The translations under genes were made by a program, and so were the position numbers. Below the pieces are notes generated by a model. That model saw only the letters and a list, made by a program, of their open reading frames with translations, did not search any database and had not been told where the DNA came from. A stretch of DNA of 64,000 bases, from NCBI GenBank assembly GCA_964057225.1, contig OZ059894.1, positions 7,440,001-7,504,000 on the forward strand. Direction: 5' to 3'. Shown here one piece after another: positions 13,701 to 29,200 of this stretch (the first letter of the stretch is position 1; the number at the start of each line of letters is the position of its first letter). This DNA is from Auanema rhodensis. Lineage: Eukaryota; Animalia; Nematoda.

Positions 13701-16700
13701 CGTGTTTGGATGCATCAGGAATAGACGGCAGATCTCTTGTGAGATCATATTCTTGGAGATAATGTCGATTGGACATTGTTTCTTGGATATATTGTGATAA
13801 AAAGGTCCAAGCTTATTATTACGTTGTTCGGATGCATCAGGAATAGACGGCGGATCTCTTGTGAGATGATATTCTGGGAGATAATGTGGCCGAATGGTCT
13901 AGGGGTATGATTCTCGCTTTGGGTGCGAGAGGTCCCGGGTTCAAATCCCGGTTCGGCCCAAAATTTTGCTTTCTTTTGTTTCAGAAACAGTTTTGATAAG
14001 GCTTTCAGTTTCGGAACTTCTCTCAAATCCTTTCTTTGGATATATTCTGGTAAAAAGGTCTAGGCTTATGGTTACGTTGTTTGGATGCATCAGGAATAGA
14101 CGGCGTTCTCTTGTGAGATGTTATTCTGGGAGATAATGTGGCCGAATGGTCTAGGGGTATGATTCTCGCTTTGGGTGCGAGAGGTCCCGGGTTCAAATCC
14201 CGGTTCGGCCCAAAATTTTGCTTTCTTTTGTTTCAGAAACAGTTTTGATAAAGCTTTCAGTTTCGGAACTTCTCTCAAATCCTTTCATTGGATATATTCT
14301 GGTAAAAAGGTCTAGGCTTATGGTTACGTTGTTTGGATGCATCAGGAATAGACGGCGGATCTCTTGTGAGATCATATTCTAGGAGATAATGTGGCCGAAT
14401 GGTCTAGGGGTATGATTCTCGCTTTGGGTGCGAGAGGTCCCGGGTTCAAATCCCGGTTCGGCCCAAAATTTTGCTTTCTTTTGTTTCAGAAACAGTTTTG
14501 ATAAAGCTTTCAGTTTCGGAACTTCTCTCAAATCCTTTCATTGGATATATTCTGGTAAAAAGGTCTAGGCTTATGGTTACGTTGTTTGGATGCATCAGGA
14601 ATAGACGGCGGATCTCTTGTGAGATCATATTCTTGGAGATAATGTCGATTGGACATTGTTTCTTTGGATATATTCTGGTAAAAAGGTCTAGGCTTATGGT
14701 TACGTTGTTTGGATGCATCCTTTCTTTGGATAATTTCTGGTAAAAAGGTCTAGGCTTATGGTTACGTTGTTTGGATGCATCAGGAATAGACGGCGGATCT
14801 CTTGTGAGATCATATTCTAGGAGATAATGTGGCCGAATGGTCTAGGGGTATGATTCTCGCTTTGGGTGCGAGAGGTCCCGGGTTCAAATCCCGGTTCGGC
14901 CCAAAATTTTGCTTTCTTTTGTTTCAGAAACAGTTTTGATAAAGCTTTCAGTTTCGGAACATCTCTCAAATCCTTTCTTTGGATAATTTCCGGTAAAAAG
15001 GTCTAGGCTTATGGTTACGTTGTTTGGATGCATCAGGAATAGACGGCGGATCTCTTGTGAGATGATATTCTAGGAGATAATGTCGATTGGACATTGTTTC
15101 TTGGATATATTGTGATAAAAAGCTCCAAGCTTATGATTACCGTGTTTGGATGCATCAGGAATAGACGGCAGATCTCTTGTGAGATCATATTCTTGGAGAT
15201 AATGTCGATTGGACATTGTTTCTTGGATATATTGTGATAAAAAGGTCCAAGCTTATGATTACGTTGTTCGGATGCATCAGGAATAGACGGCGGATCTCTT
15301 GTGAGATGATATTCTGGGAGATAATGTGGCCGAATGGTCTAGGGGTATGATTCTCGCTTTGGGTGCGAGAGGTCCCGGGTTCAAATCCCGGTTCGGCCCA
15401 AAATTTTGCTTTCTTTTGTTTCAGAAACAGTTTTGATAAAGCTTTCAGTTTCGGAACTTCTCTCAAATCCTTTCATTGGATATATTCTGGTAAAAAGGTC
15501 TAGGCTTATGGTTACGTTGTTTGGATGCATCAGGAATAGACGGCGGATCTCTTGTGAGATCATATTCTAGGAGATAATGTGGCCGAATGGTCTAGGGGTA
15601 TGATTCTCGCTTTGGGTGCGAGAGGTCCCGGGTTCAAATCCCGGTTCGGCCCAAACTTTTGCTTTCTTTTGTTTCAGAAACAGTTTTGATAAAGCTTTCA
15701 GTTTCGGAACATCTCTCAAATCCTTTCTTTGGATAATTTCCGGTAAAAAGGTCTAGGCTTATGGTTACGTTGTTTGGATGCATCAGGAATAGACGGCGGA
15801 TCTCTTGTGAGATGATATTCTAGGAGATAATGTCGATTGGACATTGTTTCTTGGATATATTGTGATAAAAAGCTCCAAGCTTATGATTACCGTGTTTGGA
15901 TGCATCAGGAATAGACGGCAGATCTCTTGTGAGATCATATTCTTGGAGATAATGTCGATTGGACATTGTTTCTTGGATATATTGTGATAAAAAGGTCCAA
16001 GCTTATTATTACGTTGTTCGGATGCATCAGGAATAGACGGCGGATCTCTTGTGAGATGATATTCTGGGAGATAATGTGGCCGAATGGTCTAGGGGTATGA
16101 TTCTCGCTTTGGGTGCGAGAGGTCCCGGGTTCAAATCCCGGTTCGGCCCAAAATTTTGCTTTCTTTTGTTTCAGAAACAGTTTTGATAAGGCTTTCAGTT
16201 TCGGAACTTCTCTCAAATCCTTTCTTTGGATATATTCTGGTAAAAAGGTCTAGGCTTATGGTTACGTTGTTTGGATGCATCAGGAATAGACGGCGTTCTC
16301 TTGTGAGATGTTATTCTGGGAGATAATGTGGCCGAATGGTCTAGGGGTATGATTCTCGCTTTGGGTGCGAGAGGTCCCGGGTTCAAATCCCGGTTCGGCC
16401 CAAAATTTTGCTTTCTTTTGTTTCAGAAACAGTTTTGATAAAGCTTTCAGTTTCGGAACTTCTCTCAAATCCTTTCATTGGATATATTCTGGTAAAAAGG
16501 TCTAGGCTTATGGTTACGTTGTTTGGATGCATCAGGAATAGACGGCGGATCTCTTGTGAGATCATATTCTAGGAGATAATGTGGCCGAATGGTCTAGGGG
16601 TATGATTCTCGCTTTGGGTGCGAGAGGTCCCGGGTTCAAATCCCGGTTCGGCCCAAACTTTTGCTTTCTTTTGTTTCAGAAACAGTTTTGATAAAGCTTT

Positions 16701-19700
16701 CAGTTTCGGAACATCTCTCAAATCCTTTCTTTGGATAATTTCCGGTAAAAAGGTCTAGGCTTATGGTTACGTTGTTTGGATGCATCAGGAATAGACGGCA
16801 GATCTCTTGTGAGATCATATTCTTGGAGATAATGTCGATTGGACATTGTTTCTTGGATATATTGTGATAAAAAGGTCCAAGCTTATGATTACGTTGTTCG
16901 GATGCATCAGGAATAGACGGCGGATCTCTTGTGAGATGATATTCTGGGAGATAATGTGGCCGAATGGTCTAGGGGTGTGATTCTCGCTTTGGGTGCGAGA
17001 GGTCCCGGGTTCAAATCCCGGTTCGGCCCAAAATTTTGCTTTCTTTTGTTTCAGAAACAGTTTTGATAAAGCTTTCAGTTTCGGAACTTCTCTCAAATCC
17101 TTTCATTGGATATATTCTGGTAGAAAGGTCTAGGCTTATGCTTACGTTGTTTGGATGCATCAGGAATAGACGGCGGATCTCTTGTGAGATCATATTCTAG
17201 GAGATAATGTGGCCAAATGGTCTAGGGGTATGATTCTCGCTTTGGGTGCGAGAGGTCCCGGGTTCAAATCCCGGTTCGGCCCAAACTTTTGCTTTCTTTT
17301 GTTTCAGAAACAGTTTTGATAAGGCTTTCAGTTTCGGAACTTCTCTCAAATCCTTTCTTTGGATATATTCTGGTAAAAAGGTCTAGGCTTATGGTTACGT
17401 TGTTTGGATGCATCAGGAATAGACGGCGTTCTCTTGTGAGATGTTATTCTGGGAGATAATGTGGCCGAATGGTCTAGGGGTATGATTCTCGCTTTGGGTG
17501 CGAGAGGTCCCGGGTTCAAATCCCGGTTCGGCCCAAAATTTTGCTTTCTTTTGTTTCAGAAACAGTTTTGATAAAGCTTTCAGTTTCGGAACTTCTCTCA
17601 AATCCTTTCATTGGATATATTCTGGTAAAAAGGTCTAGGCTTATGGTTACGTTGTTTGGATGCATCAGGAATAGACGGCGGATCTCTTGTGAGATCATAT
17701 TCTAGGAGATAATGTGGCCGAATGGTCTAGGGGTATGATTCTCGCTTTGGGTGCGAGAGGTCCCGGGTTCAAATCCCGGTTCGGCCCAAACTTTTGCTTT
17801 CTTTTGTTTCAGAAACAGTTTTGATAAAGCTTTCAGTTTCGGAACATCTCTCAAATCCTTTCTTTGGATAATTTCCGGTAAAAAGGTCTAGGCTTATGGT
17901 TACGTTGTTTGGATGCATCAGGAATAGACGGCGGATCTCTTGTGAGATGATATTCTAGGAGATAATGTCGATTGGACATTGTTTCTTGGATATATTGTGA
18001 TAAAAAGCTCCAAGCTTATGATTACCGTGTTTGGATGCATCAGGAATAGACGGCAGATCTCTTGTGAGATCATATTCTTGGAGATAATGTCGATTGGACA
18101 TTGTTTCTTGGATATATTGTGATAAAAAGGTCCAAGCTTATGATTACGTTGTTCGGATGCATCAGGAATAGACGGCGGATCTCTTGTGAGATGATATTCT
18201 GGGAGATAATGTGGCCGAATGGTCTAGGGGTATGATTCTCGCTTTGGGTGCGAGAGGTCCCGGGTTCAAATCCCGGTTCGGCCCAAACTTTTGCTTTCTT
18301 TTGTTTCAGAAACAGTTTTGATAAGGCTTTCAGTTTCGGAACTTCTCTCAAATCCTCTCTTTGGATAATTTCCGGTAAAAAGGTCTAGGCTTATGGTTAC
18401 GTTGTTTGGATGCATAAGGGATAGACGGCGGATCTCTTGTGAGATGATATACTTTGAGATAATGTCGATTGGACATTGTTTCTTGGATATATTGTGATAA
18501 AAAGGTCCAAGCTTATGATTACGTTGTTTGGATGCATAAGGGATAGACGGCAGATCTCTTGTGAGATCATATTCTAGGAGATAATGTCGATTGGACATTG
18601 TTTCTTGGATATATTGTGATAAAAAGCTCCAAGCTTATGATTACAATGTTTGGATGCATAAGGGATAGACGGCGGATCTCTTGTGAGATGATATTCTAGG
18701 AGATAATGTGGCCGAATGGTCTAGGGGTATGATTCTCGCTTTGGGTGCGAGAGGTCCCGGGTTCAAATCCCGGTTCGGCCCAAAATTTTGCTTTCTTTTG
18801 TTTCAGAAACAGTTTTGATAAAGCTTTCAGTTTCGGAACTTCTCTCAAATCCTTTCTTGGATAATTTCCGGTAAAAAGGTATAGGCTTATGGTTACGTTG
18901 TTTGGATGCATAAGGGATAGACGGCGTTCTCTTGTGAGATGTTATTCTGGGAGATAATGTGGCCGAATGGTCTAGGGGTATGATTCTCGCTTTGGGTGCG
19001 AGAGGTCCCGGGTTCAAATCCCGGTTCGGCCCAAAATTTTGCTTTCTTTTGTTTCAGAAACAGTTTTGATAAAGCTTTCAGTTTCGGAACTTCTCTCAAA
19101 TCCTTTCATTGGATATATTCTGGTAAAAAGGTCTAGGCTTATGGTTACTTTGTTTGGATGCATAAGGGATAGACGGCGTTCTCTTGTGAGATGTTATTCT
19201 GGGAGATAATGTGGCCGAATGGTCTAGGGGTATGATTCTCGCTTTGGGTGCGAGAGGTCCCGGGTTCAAATCCCGGTTCGGCCCAAAATTTTGCTTTCTT
19301 TTGTTTCAGAAACAGTTTTGATAAAGCTTTCAGTTTCGGAACTTCTCTCAAATCCTTTCATTGGATATATTCTGGTAAAAAGGTCTAGGCTTATGGTTAC
19401 GTTGTTTGGATGCATCAGGAATAGACGGCGGATCTCTTGTGAGATCATATTCTAGGAGATAATGTGGCCGAATGGTCTAGGGGTATGATTCTCGCTTTGG
19501 GTGCGAGAGGTCCCGGGTTCAAATCCCGGTTCGGCCCAAACTTTTGCTTTCTTTTGTTTCAGAAACAGTTTTGATAAAGCTTTCAGTTTCGGAACATCTC
19601 TCAAATCCTTTCTTTGGATAATTTCCGGTAAAAAGGTCTAGGCTTATGGTTACGTTGTTTGGATGCATCAGGAATAGACGGCGGATCTCTTGTGAGATGA

Positions 19701-20214
19701 TATTCTAGGAGATAATGTCGATTGGACATTGTTTCTTGGATATATTGTGATAAAAAGCTCCAAGCTTATGATTACCGTGTTTGGATGCATCAGGAATAGA
19801 CGGCAGATCTCTTGTGAGATCATATTCTTGGAGATAATGTCGATTGGACATTGTTTCTTGGATATATTGTGATAAAAAGGTCCAAGCTTATGATTACGTT
19901 GTTCGGATGCATCAGGAATAGACGGCGGATCTCTTGTGAGATGATATTCTGGAAGTTAATGTGGCCGAATGGTCTAGGGGTATGATTCTCGCTTTGGGTG
20001 CGAGAGGTCCCGGGTTCAAATCCCGGTTCGGCCCAAAATTTTGCTTTCTTTTGTTTCAGAAACAGTTTTGATAAAGCTTTCAGTTTCGGAACTTCTCTCA
20101 AATCCTTTCATTGGATATATTCTGGTAAAAAGGTCTAGGCTTATGGTTACTTTGTTTGGATGCATAAGGGATAGACGGCGTTCTCTTGTGAGATGTTATT
20201 CTGGGAGATAATGT

Positions 20215-20286
20215 GGCCGAATGGTCTAGAGGTGTGATTCTCGCTTTGGGTGCGAGAGGTCCCGGGGTCAAATCCCGGTTCGGCCC
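20215..20286 (+). pseudogene. Variant tRNA-Pro copy with T54G B-box change (also at 25889)
   Basis: CCCGGGGTCAAAT instead of CCCGGGTTCAAAT, plus D-region changes (GGTCTAGAGGTGTG). Confidence 0.6.
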
Positions 20287-23200
20287 AAAATTTTGCTTTC
20301 TTTTGTTTCAGAAACAGTTTTGATAAAGCTTTCAGTTTCGGAACTTCTCTCAAATCCTTTCTTTGGATATATTCTGGTAAAAAGGTCTAGGCTTATGGTT
20401 ACGTTGTTTGGATGCATCAGGAATAGACGGCAGATCTCTTGTGAGATGTTATTCTGGGAGATAATGTGGCCGAATGGTCTAGGGGTATGATTCTCGCTTT
20501 GGGTGCGAGAGGTCCCGGGTTCAAATCCCGGTTCGGCCCAAAATTTTGCTTTCTTTTGTTTCAGAAACAGTTTTGATAAGGCTTTCAGTTTCGGAACTTC
20601 TCTCAAATCCTTTCTTTGGATAATTTCCGGTAAAAAGGTATAGGCTTATGGTTACGTTGTTTGGATGCATAAGGGATAGACGGCGGATCTCTTGTGAGAT
20701 CATATTCTTGGAGATAATGTCGATTGGACATTGTTTCTTGGATATATTGTGATAAAAAGGTCCAAGCTTATGATTACGTTGTTCGGATGCATCAGGAATA
20801 GACGGCGGATCTCTTGTGAGATGTTATTCTGGGAGATAATGTGGCCGAATGGTCTAGGGGTATGATTCTCGCTTTGGGTGCGAGAGGTCCCGGGTTCAAA
20901 TCCCGGTTCGGCCCAAAATTTTGCTTTCTTTTGTTTCAGAAACAGTTTTGATAAGGCTTTCAGTTTCGGAACTTCTCTCAAATCCTTTCTTTGGATAATT
21001 TCCGGTAAAAAGGTATAGGCTTATGGTTACGTTGTTTGGATGCATAAGGGATAGACGGCGGATCTCTTGTGAGATCATATTCTTGGAGATAATGTCGATT
21101 GGACATTGTTTCTTTGGATATATTCTGGTAAAAAGGTCTAGGCTTATGGTTACGTTGTTTGGATGCATCAGGAATAGACGGCGTTCTCTTGTGAGATGTT
21201 ATTCTGGGAGATAATGTGGCCGAATGGTCTAGGGGTATGATTCTCGCTTTGGGTGCGAGAGGTCCCGGGTTCAAATCCCGGTTCGGCCCAAAATTTTGCT
21301 TTCTTTTGTTTCAGAAACAGTTTTGATAAAGCTTTCAGTTTCGGAACTTCTCTCAAATCCTTTCTTTGGATAATTTCCGGTAAAAAGGTATAGGCTTATG
21401 GTTACGTTGTTTGGATGCATCAGGAATAGACGGCAGATCTCTTGTGAGATCATATTCTTGGAGATAATGTCGATTGGACATTGTTTCTTTGGATATATTC
21501 TGGTAAAAAGGTCTAGGCTTATGGTTACGTTGTTTGGATGCATCCTTTCTTTGGATAATTTCCGGTAAAAAGGTATAGGCTTATGGTTACGTTGTTTGGA
21601 TGCATAAGGGATAGACGGCGGATCTCTTGTGAGATGATATTCTAGGAGATAATGTGGCCGAATGGTCTAGGGGTATGATTCTCGCTTTGGGTGCGAGAGG
21701 TCCCGGGTTCAAATCCCGGTTCGGCCCAAAATTTTGCTTTCTTTTGTTTCAGAAACAGTTTTGATAAAGCTTTCAGTTTCGGAACATCTCTCAAATCCTT
21801 TCTTTGGATAATTTCCGGTAAAAAGGTCTAGGCTTATGGTTACGTTGTTTGGATGCATCAGGAATAGACGGCGGATCTCTTGTGAGATGATATTCTAGGA
21901 GATAATGTCGATTGGACATTGTTTCTTGGATATATTGTGATAAAAAGCTCCAAGCTTATGATTACCGTGTTTGGATGCATCAGGAATAGACGGCAGATCT
22001 CTTGTGAGATCATATTCTTGGAGATAATGTCGATTGGACATTGTTTCTTGGATATATTGTGATAAAAAGGTCCAAGCTTATGATTACCGTGTTTGGATGC
22101 ATCAGGAATAGACGGCGGATCTCTTGTGAGATGATATTCTAGGAGATAATGTCGATTGGACATTGTTTCTTGGATATATTGTGATAAAAAGCTCCAAGCT
22201 TATGATTACCGTGTTTGGATGCATCAGGAATAGACGGCGGATCTCTTGTGAGATGATATTCTAGGAGATAATGTCGATTGGACATTGTTTCTTGGATATA
22301 TTGTGATAAAAAGCTCCAAGCTTATGATTACCGTGTTTGGATGCATCAGGAATAGACGGCAGATCTCTTGTGAGATCATATTCTTGGAGATAATGTCGAT
22401 TGGACATTGTTTCTTGGATATATTGTGATAAAAAGGTCCAAGCTTATTATTACGTTGTTCGGATGCATCAGGAATAGACGGCGGATCTCTTGTGAGATGA
22501 TATTCTGGGAGATAATGTGGCCGAATGGTCTAGGGGTATGATTCTCGCTTTGGGTGCGAGAGGTCCCGGGTTCAAATCCCGGTTCGGCCCAAAATTTTGC
22601 TTTCTTTTGTTTCAGAAACAGTTTTGATAAAGCTTTCAGTTTCGGAACTTCTCTCAAATCCTTTCATTGGATATATTCTGGTAGAAAAGTCTAGGCTTAT
22701 GCTTACGTTGTTTGGATGCATCAGGAATAGACGGCGGATCTCTTGTGAGATGATATTCTAGGAGATAATGTCGATTGGACATTGTTTCTTGGATATATTG
22801 TGATAAAAAGCTCCAAGCTTATGATTACCGTGTTTGGATGCATCAGGAATAGACGGCAGATCTCTTGTGAGATCATATTCTTGGAGATAATGTCGATTGG
22901 ACATTGTTTCTTGGATATATTGTGATAAAAAGGTCCAAGCTTATTATTACGTTGTTCGGATGCATCAGGAATAGACGGCGGATCTCTTGTGAGATGATAT
23001 TCTGGGAGATAATGTGGCCGAATGGTCTAGGGGTATGATTCTCGCTTTGGGTGCGAGAGGTCCCGGGTTCAAATCCCGGTTCGGCCCAAAATTTTGCTTT
23101 CTTTTGTTTCAGAAACAGTTTTGATAAGGCTTTCAGTTTCGGAACTTCTCTCAAATCCTTTCTTTGGATATATTCTGGTAAAAAGGTCTAGGCTTATGGT

Positions 23201-26200
23201 TACGTTGTTTGGATGCATCAGGAATAGACGGCGTTCTCTTGTGAGATGTTATTCTGGGAGATAATGTGGCCGAATGGTCTAGGGGTATGATTCTCGCTTT
23301 GGGTGCGAGAGGTCCCGGGTTCAAATCCCGGTTCGGCCCAAAATTTTGCTTTCTTTTGTTTCAGAAACAGTTTTGATAAAGCTTTCAGTTTCGGAACTTC
23401 TCTCAAATCCTTTCATTGGATATATTCTGGTAAAAAGGTCTAGGCTTATGGTTACGTTGTTTGGATGCATCAGGAATAGACGGCGGATCTCTTGTGAGAT
23501 CATATTCTTGGAGATAATGTCGATTGGACATTGTTTCTTGGATATATTGTGATAAAAAGGTCCAAGCTTATGATTACGTTGTTCGGATGCATCAGGAATA
23601 GACGGCGGATCTCTTGTGAGATGATATTCTAGGAGATAATGTCGATTGGACATTGTTTCTTGGATATATTGTGATAAAAAGCTCCAAGCTTATGATTACC
23701 GTGTTTGGATGCATCAGGAATAGACGGCAGATCTCTTGTGAGATCATATTCTTGGAGATAATGTCGATTGGACATTGTTTCTTGGATATATTGTGATAAA
23801 AAGGTCCAAGCTTATGATTACGTTGTTCGGATGCATCAGGAATAGACGGCGGATCTCTTGTGAGATGATATTCTGGGAGATAATGTGGCCGAATGGTCTA
23901 GGGGTATGATTCTCGCTTTGGGTGCGAGAGGTCCCGGGTTCAAATCCCGGTTCGGCCCAAACTTTTGCTTTCTTTTGTTTCAGAAACAGTTTTGATAAGG
24001 CTTTCAGTTTCGGAACTTCTCTCAAATCCTCTCTTTGGATAATTTCCGGTAAAAAGGTCTAGGCTTATGGTTACGTTGTTTGGATGCATAAGGGATAGAC
24101 GGCGGATCTCTTGTGAGATGATATACTTTGAGATAATGTCGATTGGACATTGTTTCTTGGATATATTGTGATAAAAAGGTCCAAGCTTATGATTACGTTG
24201 TTTGGATGCATAAGGGATAGACGGCAGATCTCTTGTGAGATCATATTCTAGGAGATAATGTCGATTGGACATTGTTTCTTGGATATATTGTGATAAAAAG
24301 CTCCAAGCTTATGATTACAATGTTTGGATGCATAAGGGATAGACGGCGGATCTCTTGTGAGATGATATTCTAGGAGATAATGTGGCCGAATGGTCTAGGG
24401 GTATGATTCTCGCTTTGGGTGCGAGAGGTCCCGGGTTCAAATCCCGGTTCGGCCCAAAATTTTGCTTTCTTTTGTTTCAGAAACAGTTTTGATAAAGCTT
24501 TCAGTTTCGGAACTTCTCTCAAATCCTTTCTTGGATAATTTCCGGTAAAAAGGTATAGGCTTATGGTTACGTTGTTTGGATGCATAAGGGATAGACGGCG
24601 TTCTCTTGTGAGATGTTATTCTGGGAGATAATGTGGCCGAATGGTCTAGGGGTATGATTCTCGCTTTGGGTGCGAGAGGTCCCGGGTTCAAATCCCGGTT
24701 CGGCCCAAAATTTTGCTTTCTTTTGTTTCAGAAACAGTTTTGATAAAGCTTTCAGTTTCGGAACTTCTCTCAAATCCTTTCATTGGATATATTCTGGTAA
24801 AAAGGTCTAGGCTTATGGTTACTTTGTTTGGATGCATAAGGGATAGACGGCGTTCTCTTGTGAGATGTTATTCTGGGAGATAATGTGGCCGAATGGTCTA
24901 GGGGTATGATTCTCGCTTTGGGTGCGAGAGGTCCCGGGTTCAAATCCCGGTTCGGCCCAAAATTTTGCTTTCTTTTGTTTCAGAAACAGTTTTGATAAAG
25001 CTTTCAGTTTCGGAACTTCTCTCAAATCCTTTCATTGGATATATTCTGGTAAAAAGGTCTAGGCTTATGGTTACGTTGTTTGGATGCATCAGGAATAGAC
25101 GGCGGATCTCTTGTGAGATCATATTCTAGGAGATAATGTGGCCGAATGGTCTAGGGGTATGATTCTCGCTTTGGGTGCGAGAGGTCCCGGGTTCAAATCC
25201 CGGTTCGGCCCAAACTTTTGCTTTCTTTTGTTTCAGAAACAGTTTTGATAAAGCTTTCAGTTTCGGAACATCTCTCAAATCCTTTCTTTGGATAATTTCC
25301 GGTAAAAAGGTCTAGGCTTATGGTTACGTTGTTTGGATGCATCAGGAATAGACGGCGGATCTCTTGTGAGATGATATTCTAGGAGATAATGTCGATTGGA
25401 CATTGTTTCTTGGATATATTGTGATAAAAAGCTCCAAGCTTATGATTACCGTGTTTGGATGCATCAGGAATAGACGGCAGATCTCTTGTGAGATCATATT
25501 CTTGGAGATAATGTCGATTGGACATTGTTTCTTGGATATATTGTGATAAAAAGGTCCAAGCTTATGATTACGTTGTTCGGATGCATCAGGAATAGACGGC
25601 GGATCTCTTGTGAGATGATATTCTGGAAGTTAATGTGGCCGAATGGTCTAGGGGTATGATTCTCGCTTTGGGTGCGAGAGGTCCCGGGTTCAAATCCCGG
25701 TTCGGCCCAAAATTTTGCTTTCTTTTGTTTCAGAAACAGTTTTGATAAAGCTTTCAGTTTCGGAACTTCTCTCAAATCCTTTCATTGGATATATTCTGGT
25801 AAAAAGGTCTAGGCTTATGGTTACTTTGTTTGGATGCATAAGGGATAGACGGCGTTCTCTTGTGAGATGTTATTCTGGGAGATAATGTGGCCGAATGGTC
25901 TAGGGGTGTGATTCTCGCTTTGGGTGCGAGAGGTCCCGGGGTCAAATCCCGGTTCGGCCCAAAATTTTGCTTTCTTTTGTTTCAGAAACAGTTTTGATAA
26001 AGCTTTCAGTTTCGGAACTTCTCTCAAATCCTTTCTTTGGATATATTCTGGTAAAAAGGTCTAGGCTTATGGTTACGTTGTTTGGATGCATCAGGAATAG
26101 ACGGCAGATCTCTTGTGAGATGTTATTCTGGGAGATAATGTGGCCGAATGGTCTAGGGGTATGATTCTCGCTTTGGGTGCGAGAGGTCCCGGGTTCAAAT

Positions 26201-29200
26201 CCCGGTTCGGCCCAAAATTTTGCTTTCTTTTGTTTCAGAAACAGTTTTGATAAGGCTTTCAGTTTCGGAACTTCTCTCAAATCCTTTCTTTGGATAATTT
26301 CCGGTAAAAAGGTATAGGCTTATGGTTACGTTGTTTGGATGCATAAGGGATAGACGGCGGATCTCTTGTGAGATCATATTCTTGGAGATAATGTCGATTG
26401 GACATTGTTTCTTGGATATATTGTGATAAAAAGGTCCAAGCTTATGATTACGTTGTTCGGATGCATCAGGAATAGACGGCGGATCTCTTGTGAGATGTTA
26501 TTCTGGGAGATAATGTGGCCGAATGGTCTAGGGGTATGATTCTCGCTTTGGGTGCGAGAGGTCCCGGGTTCAAATCCCGGTTCGGCCCAAAATTTTGCTT
26601 TCTTTTGTTTCAGAAACAGTTTTGATAAGGCTTTCAGTTTCGGAACTTCTCTCAAATCCTTTCTTTGGATAATTTCCGGTAAAAAGGTATAGGCTTATGG
26701 TTACGTTGTTTGGATGCATAAGGGATAGACGGCGGATCTCTTGTGAGATCATATTCTTGGAGATAATGTCGATTGGACATTGTTTCTTTGGATATATTCT
26801 GGTAAAAAGGTCTAGGCTTATGGTTACGTTGTTTGGATGCATCAGGAATAGACGGCGTTCTCTTGTGAGATGTTATTCTGGGAGATAATGTGGCCGAATG
26901 GTCTAGGGGTATGATTCTCGCTTTGGGTGCGAGAGGTCCCGGGTTCAAATCCCGGTTCGGCCCAAAATTTTGCTTTCTTTTGTTTCAGAAACAGTTTTGA
27001 TAAAGCTTTCAGTTTCGGAACTTCTCTCAAATCCTTTCTTTGGATAATTTCCGGTAAAAAGGTATAGGCTTATGGTTACGTTGTTTGGATGCATCAGGAA
27101 TAGACGGCAGATCTCTTGTGAGATCATATTCTTGGAGATAATGTCGATTGGACATTGTTTCTTTGGATATATTCTGGTAAAAAGGTCTAGGCTTATGGTT
27201 ACGTTGTTTGGATGCATCCTTTCTTTGGATAATTTCCGGTAAAAAGGTATAGGCTTATGGTTACGTTGTTTGGATGCATAAGGGATAGACGGCGGATCTC
27301 TTGTGAGATGATATTCTAGGAGATAATGTGGCCGAATGGTCTAGGGGTATGATTCTCGCTTTGGGTGCGAGAGGTCCCGGGTTCAAATCCCGGTTCGGCC
27401 CAAAATTTTGCTTTCTTTTGTTTCAGAAACAGTTTTGATAAAGCTTTCAGTTTCGGAACATCTCTCAAATCCTTTCTTTGGATAATTTCCGGTAAAAAGG
27501 TCTAGGCTTATGGTTACGTTGTTTGGATGCATCAGGAATAGACGGCGGATCTCTTGTGAGATGATATTCTAGGAGATAATGTCGATTGGACATTGTTTCT
27601 TGGATATATTGTGATAAAAAGCTCCAAGCTTATGATTACCGTGTTTGGATGCATCAGGAATAGACGGCAGATCTCTTGTGAGATCATATTCTTGGAGATA
27701 ATGTCGATTGGACATTGTTTCTTGGATATATTGTGATAAAAAGGTCCAAGCTTATGATTACCGTGTTTGGATGCATCAGGAATAGACGGCGGATCTCTTG
27801 TGAGATGATATTCTAGGAGATAATGTCGATTGGACATTGTTTCTTGGATATATTGTGATAAAAAGCTCCAAGCTTATGATTACCGTGTTTGGATGCATCA
27901 GGAATAGACGGCGGATCTCTTGTGAGATGATATTCTAGGAGATAATGTCGATTGGACATTGTTTCTTGGATATATTGTGATAAAAAGCTCCAAGCTTATG
28001 ATTACCGTGTTTGGATGCATCAGGAATAGACGGCAGATCTCTTGTGAGATCATATTCTTGGAGATAATGTCGATTGGACATTGTTTCTTGGATATATTGT
28101 GATAAAAAGGTCCAAGCTTATTATTACGTTGTTCGGATGCATCAGGAATAGACGGCGGATCTCTTGTGAGATGATATTCTGGGAGATAATGTGGCCGAAT
28201 GGTCTAGGGGTATGATTCTCGCTTTGGGTGCGAGAGGTCCCGGGTTCAAATCCCGGTTCGGCCCAAAATTTTGCTTTCTTTTGTTTCAGAAACAGTTTTG
28301 ATAAAGCTTTCAGTTTCGGAACTTCTCTCAAATCCTTTCATTGGATATATTCTGGTAGAAAAGTCTAGGCTTATGCTTACGTTGTTTGGATGCATCAGGA
28401 ATAGACGGCGGATCTCTTGTGAGATGATATTCTAGGAGATAATGTCGATTGGACATTGTTTCTTGGATATATTGTGATAAAAAGCTCCAAGCTTATGATT
28501 ACCGTGTTTGGATGCATCAGGAATAGACGGCAGATCTCTTGTGAGATCATATTCTTGGAGATAATGTCGATTGGACATTGTTTCTTGGATATATTGTGAT
28601 AAAAAGGTCCAAGCTTATTATTACGTTGTTCGGATGCATCAGGAATAGACGGCGGATCTCTTGTGAGATGATATTCTGGGAGATAATGTGGCCGAATGGT
28701 CTAGGGGTATGATTCTCGCTTTGGGTGCGAGAGGTCCCGGGTTCAAATCCCGGTTCGGCCCAAAATTTTGCTTTCTTTTGTTTCAGAAACAGTTTTGATA
28801 AGGCTTTCAGTTTCGGAACTTCTCTCAAATCCTTTCTTTGGATATATTCTGGTAAAAAGGTCTAGGCTTATGGTTACGTTGTTTGGATGCATCAGGAATA
28901 GACGGCGTTCTCTTGTGAGATGTTATTCTGGGAGATAATGTGGCCGAATGGTCTAGGGGTATGATTCTCGCTTTGGGTGCGAGAGGTCCCGGGTTCAAAT
29001 CCCGGTTCGGCCCAAAATTTTGCTTTCTTTTGTTTCAGAAACAGTTTTGATAAAGCTTTCAGTTTCGGAACTTCTCTCAAATCCTTTCATTGGATATATT
29101 CTGGTAAAAAGGTCTAGGCTTATGGTTACGTTGTTTGGATGCATCAGGAATAGACGGCGGATCTCTTGTGAGATCATATTCTTGGAGATAATGTCGATTG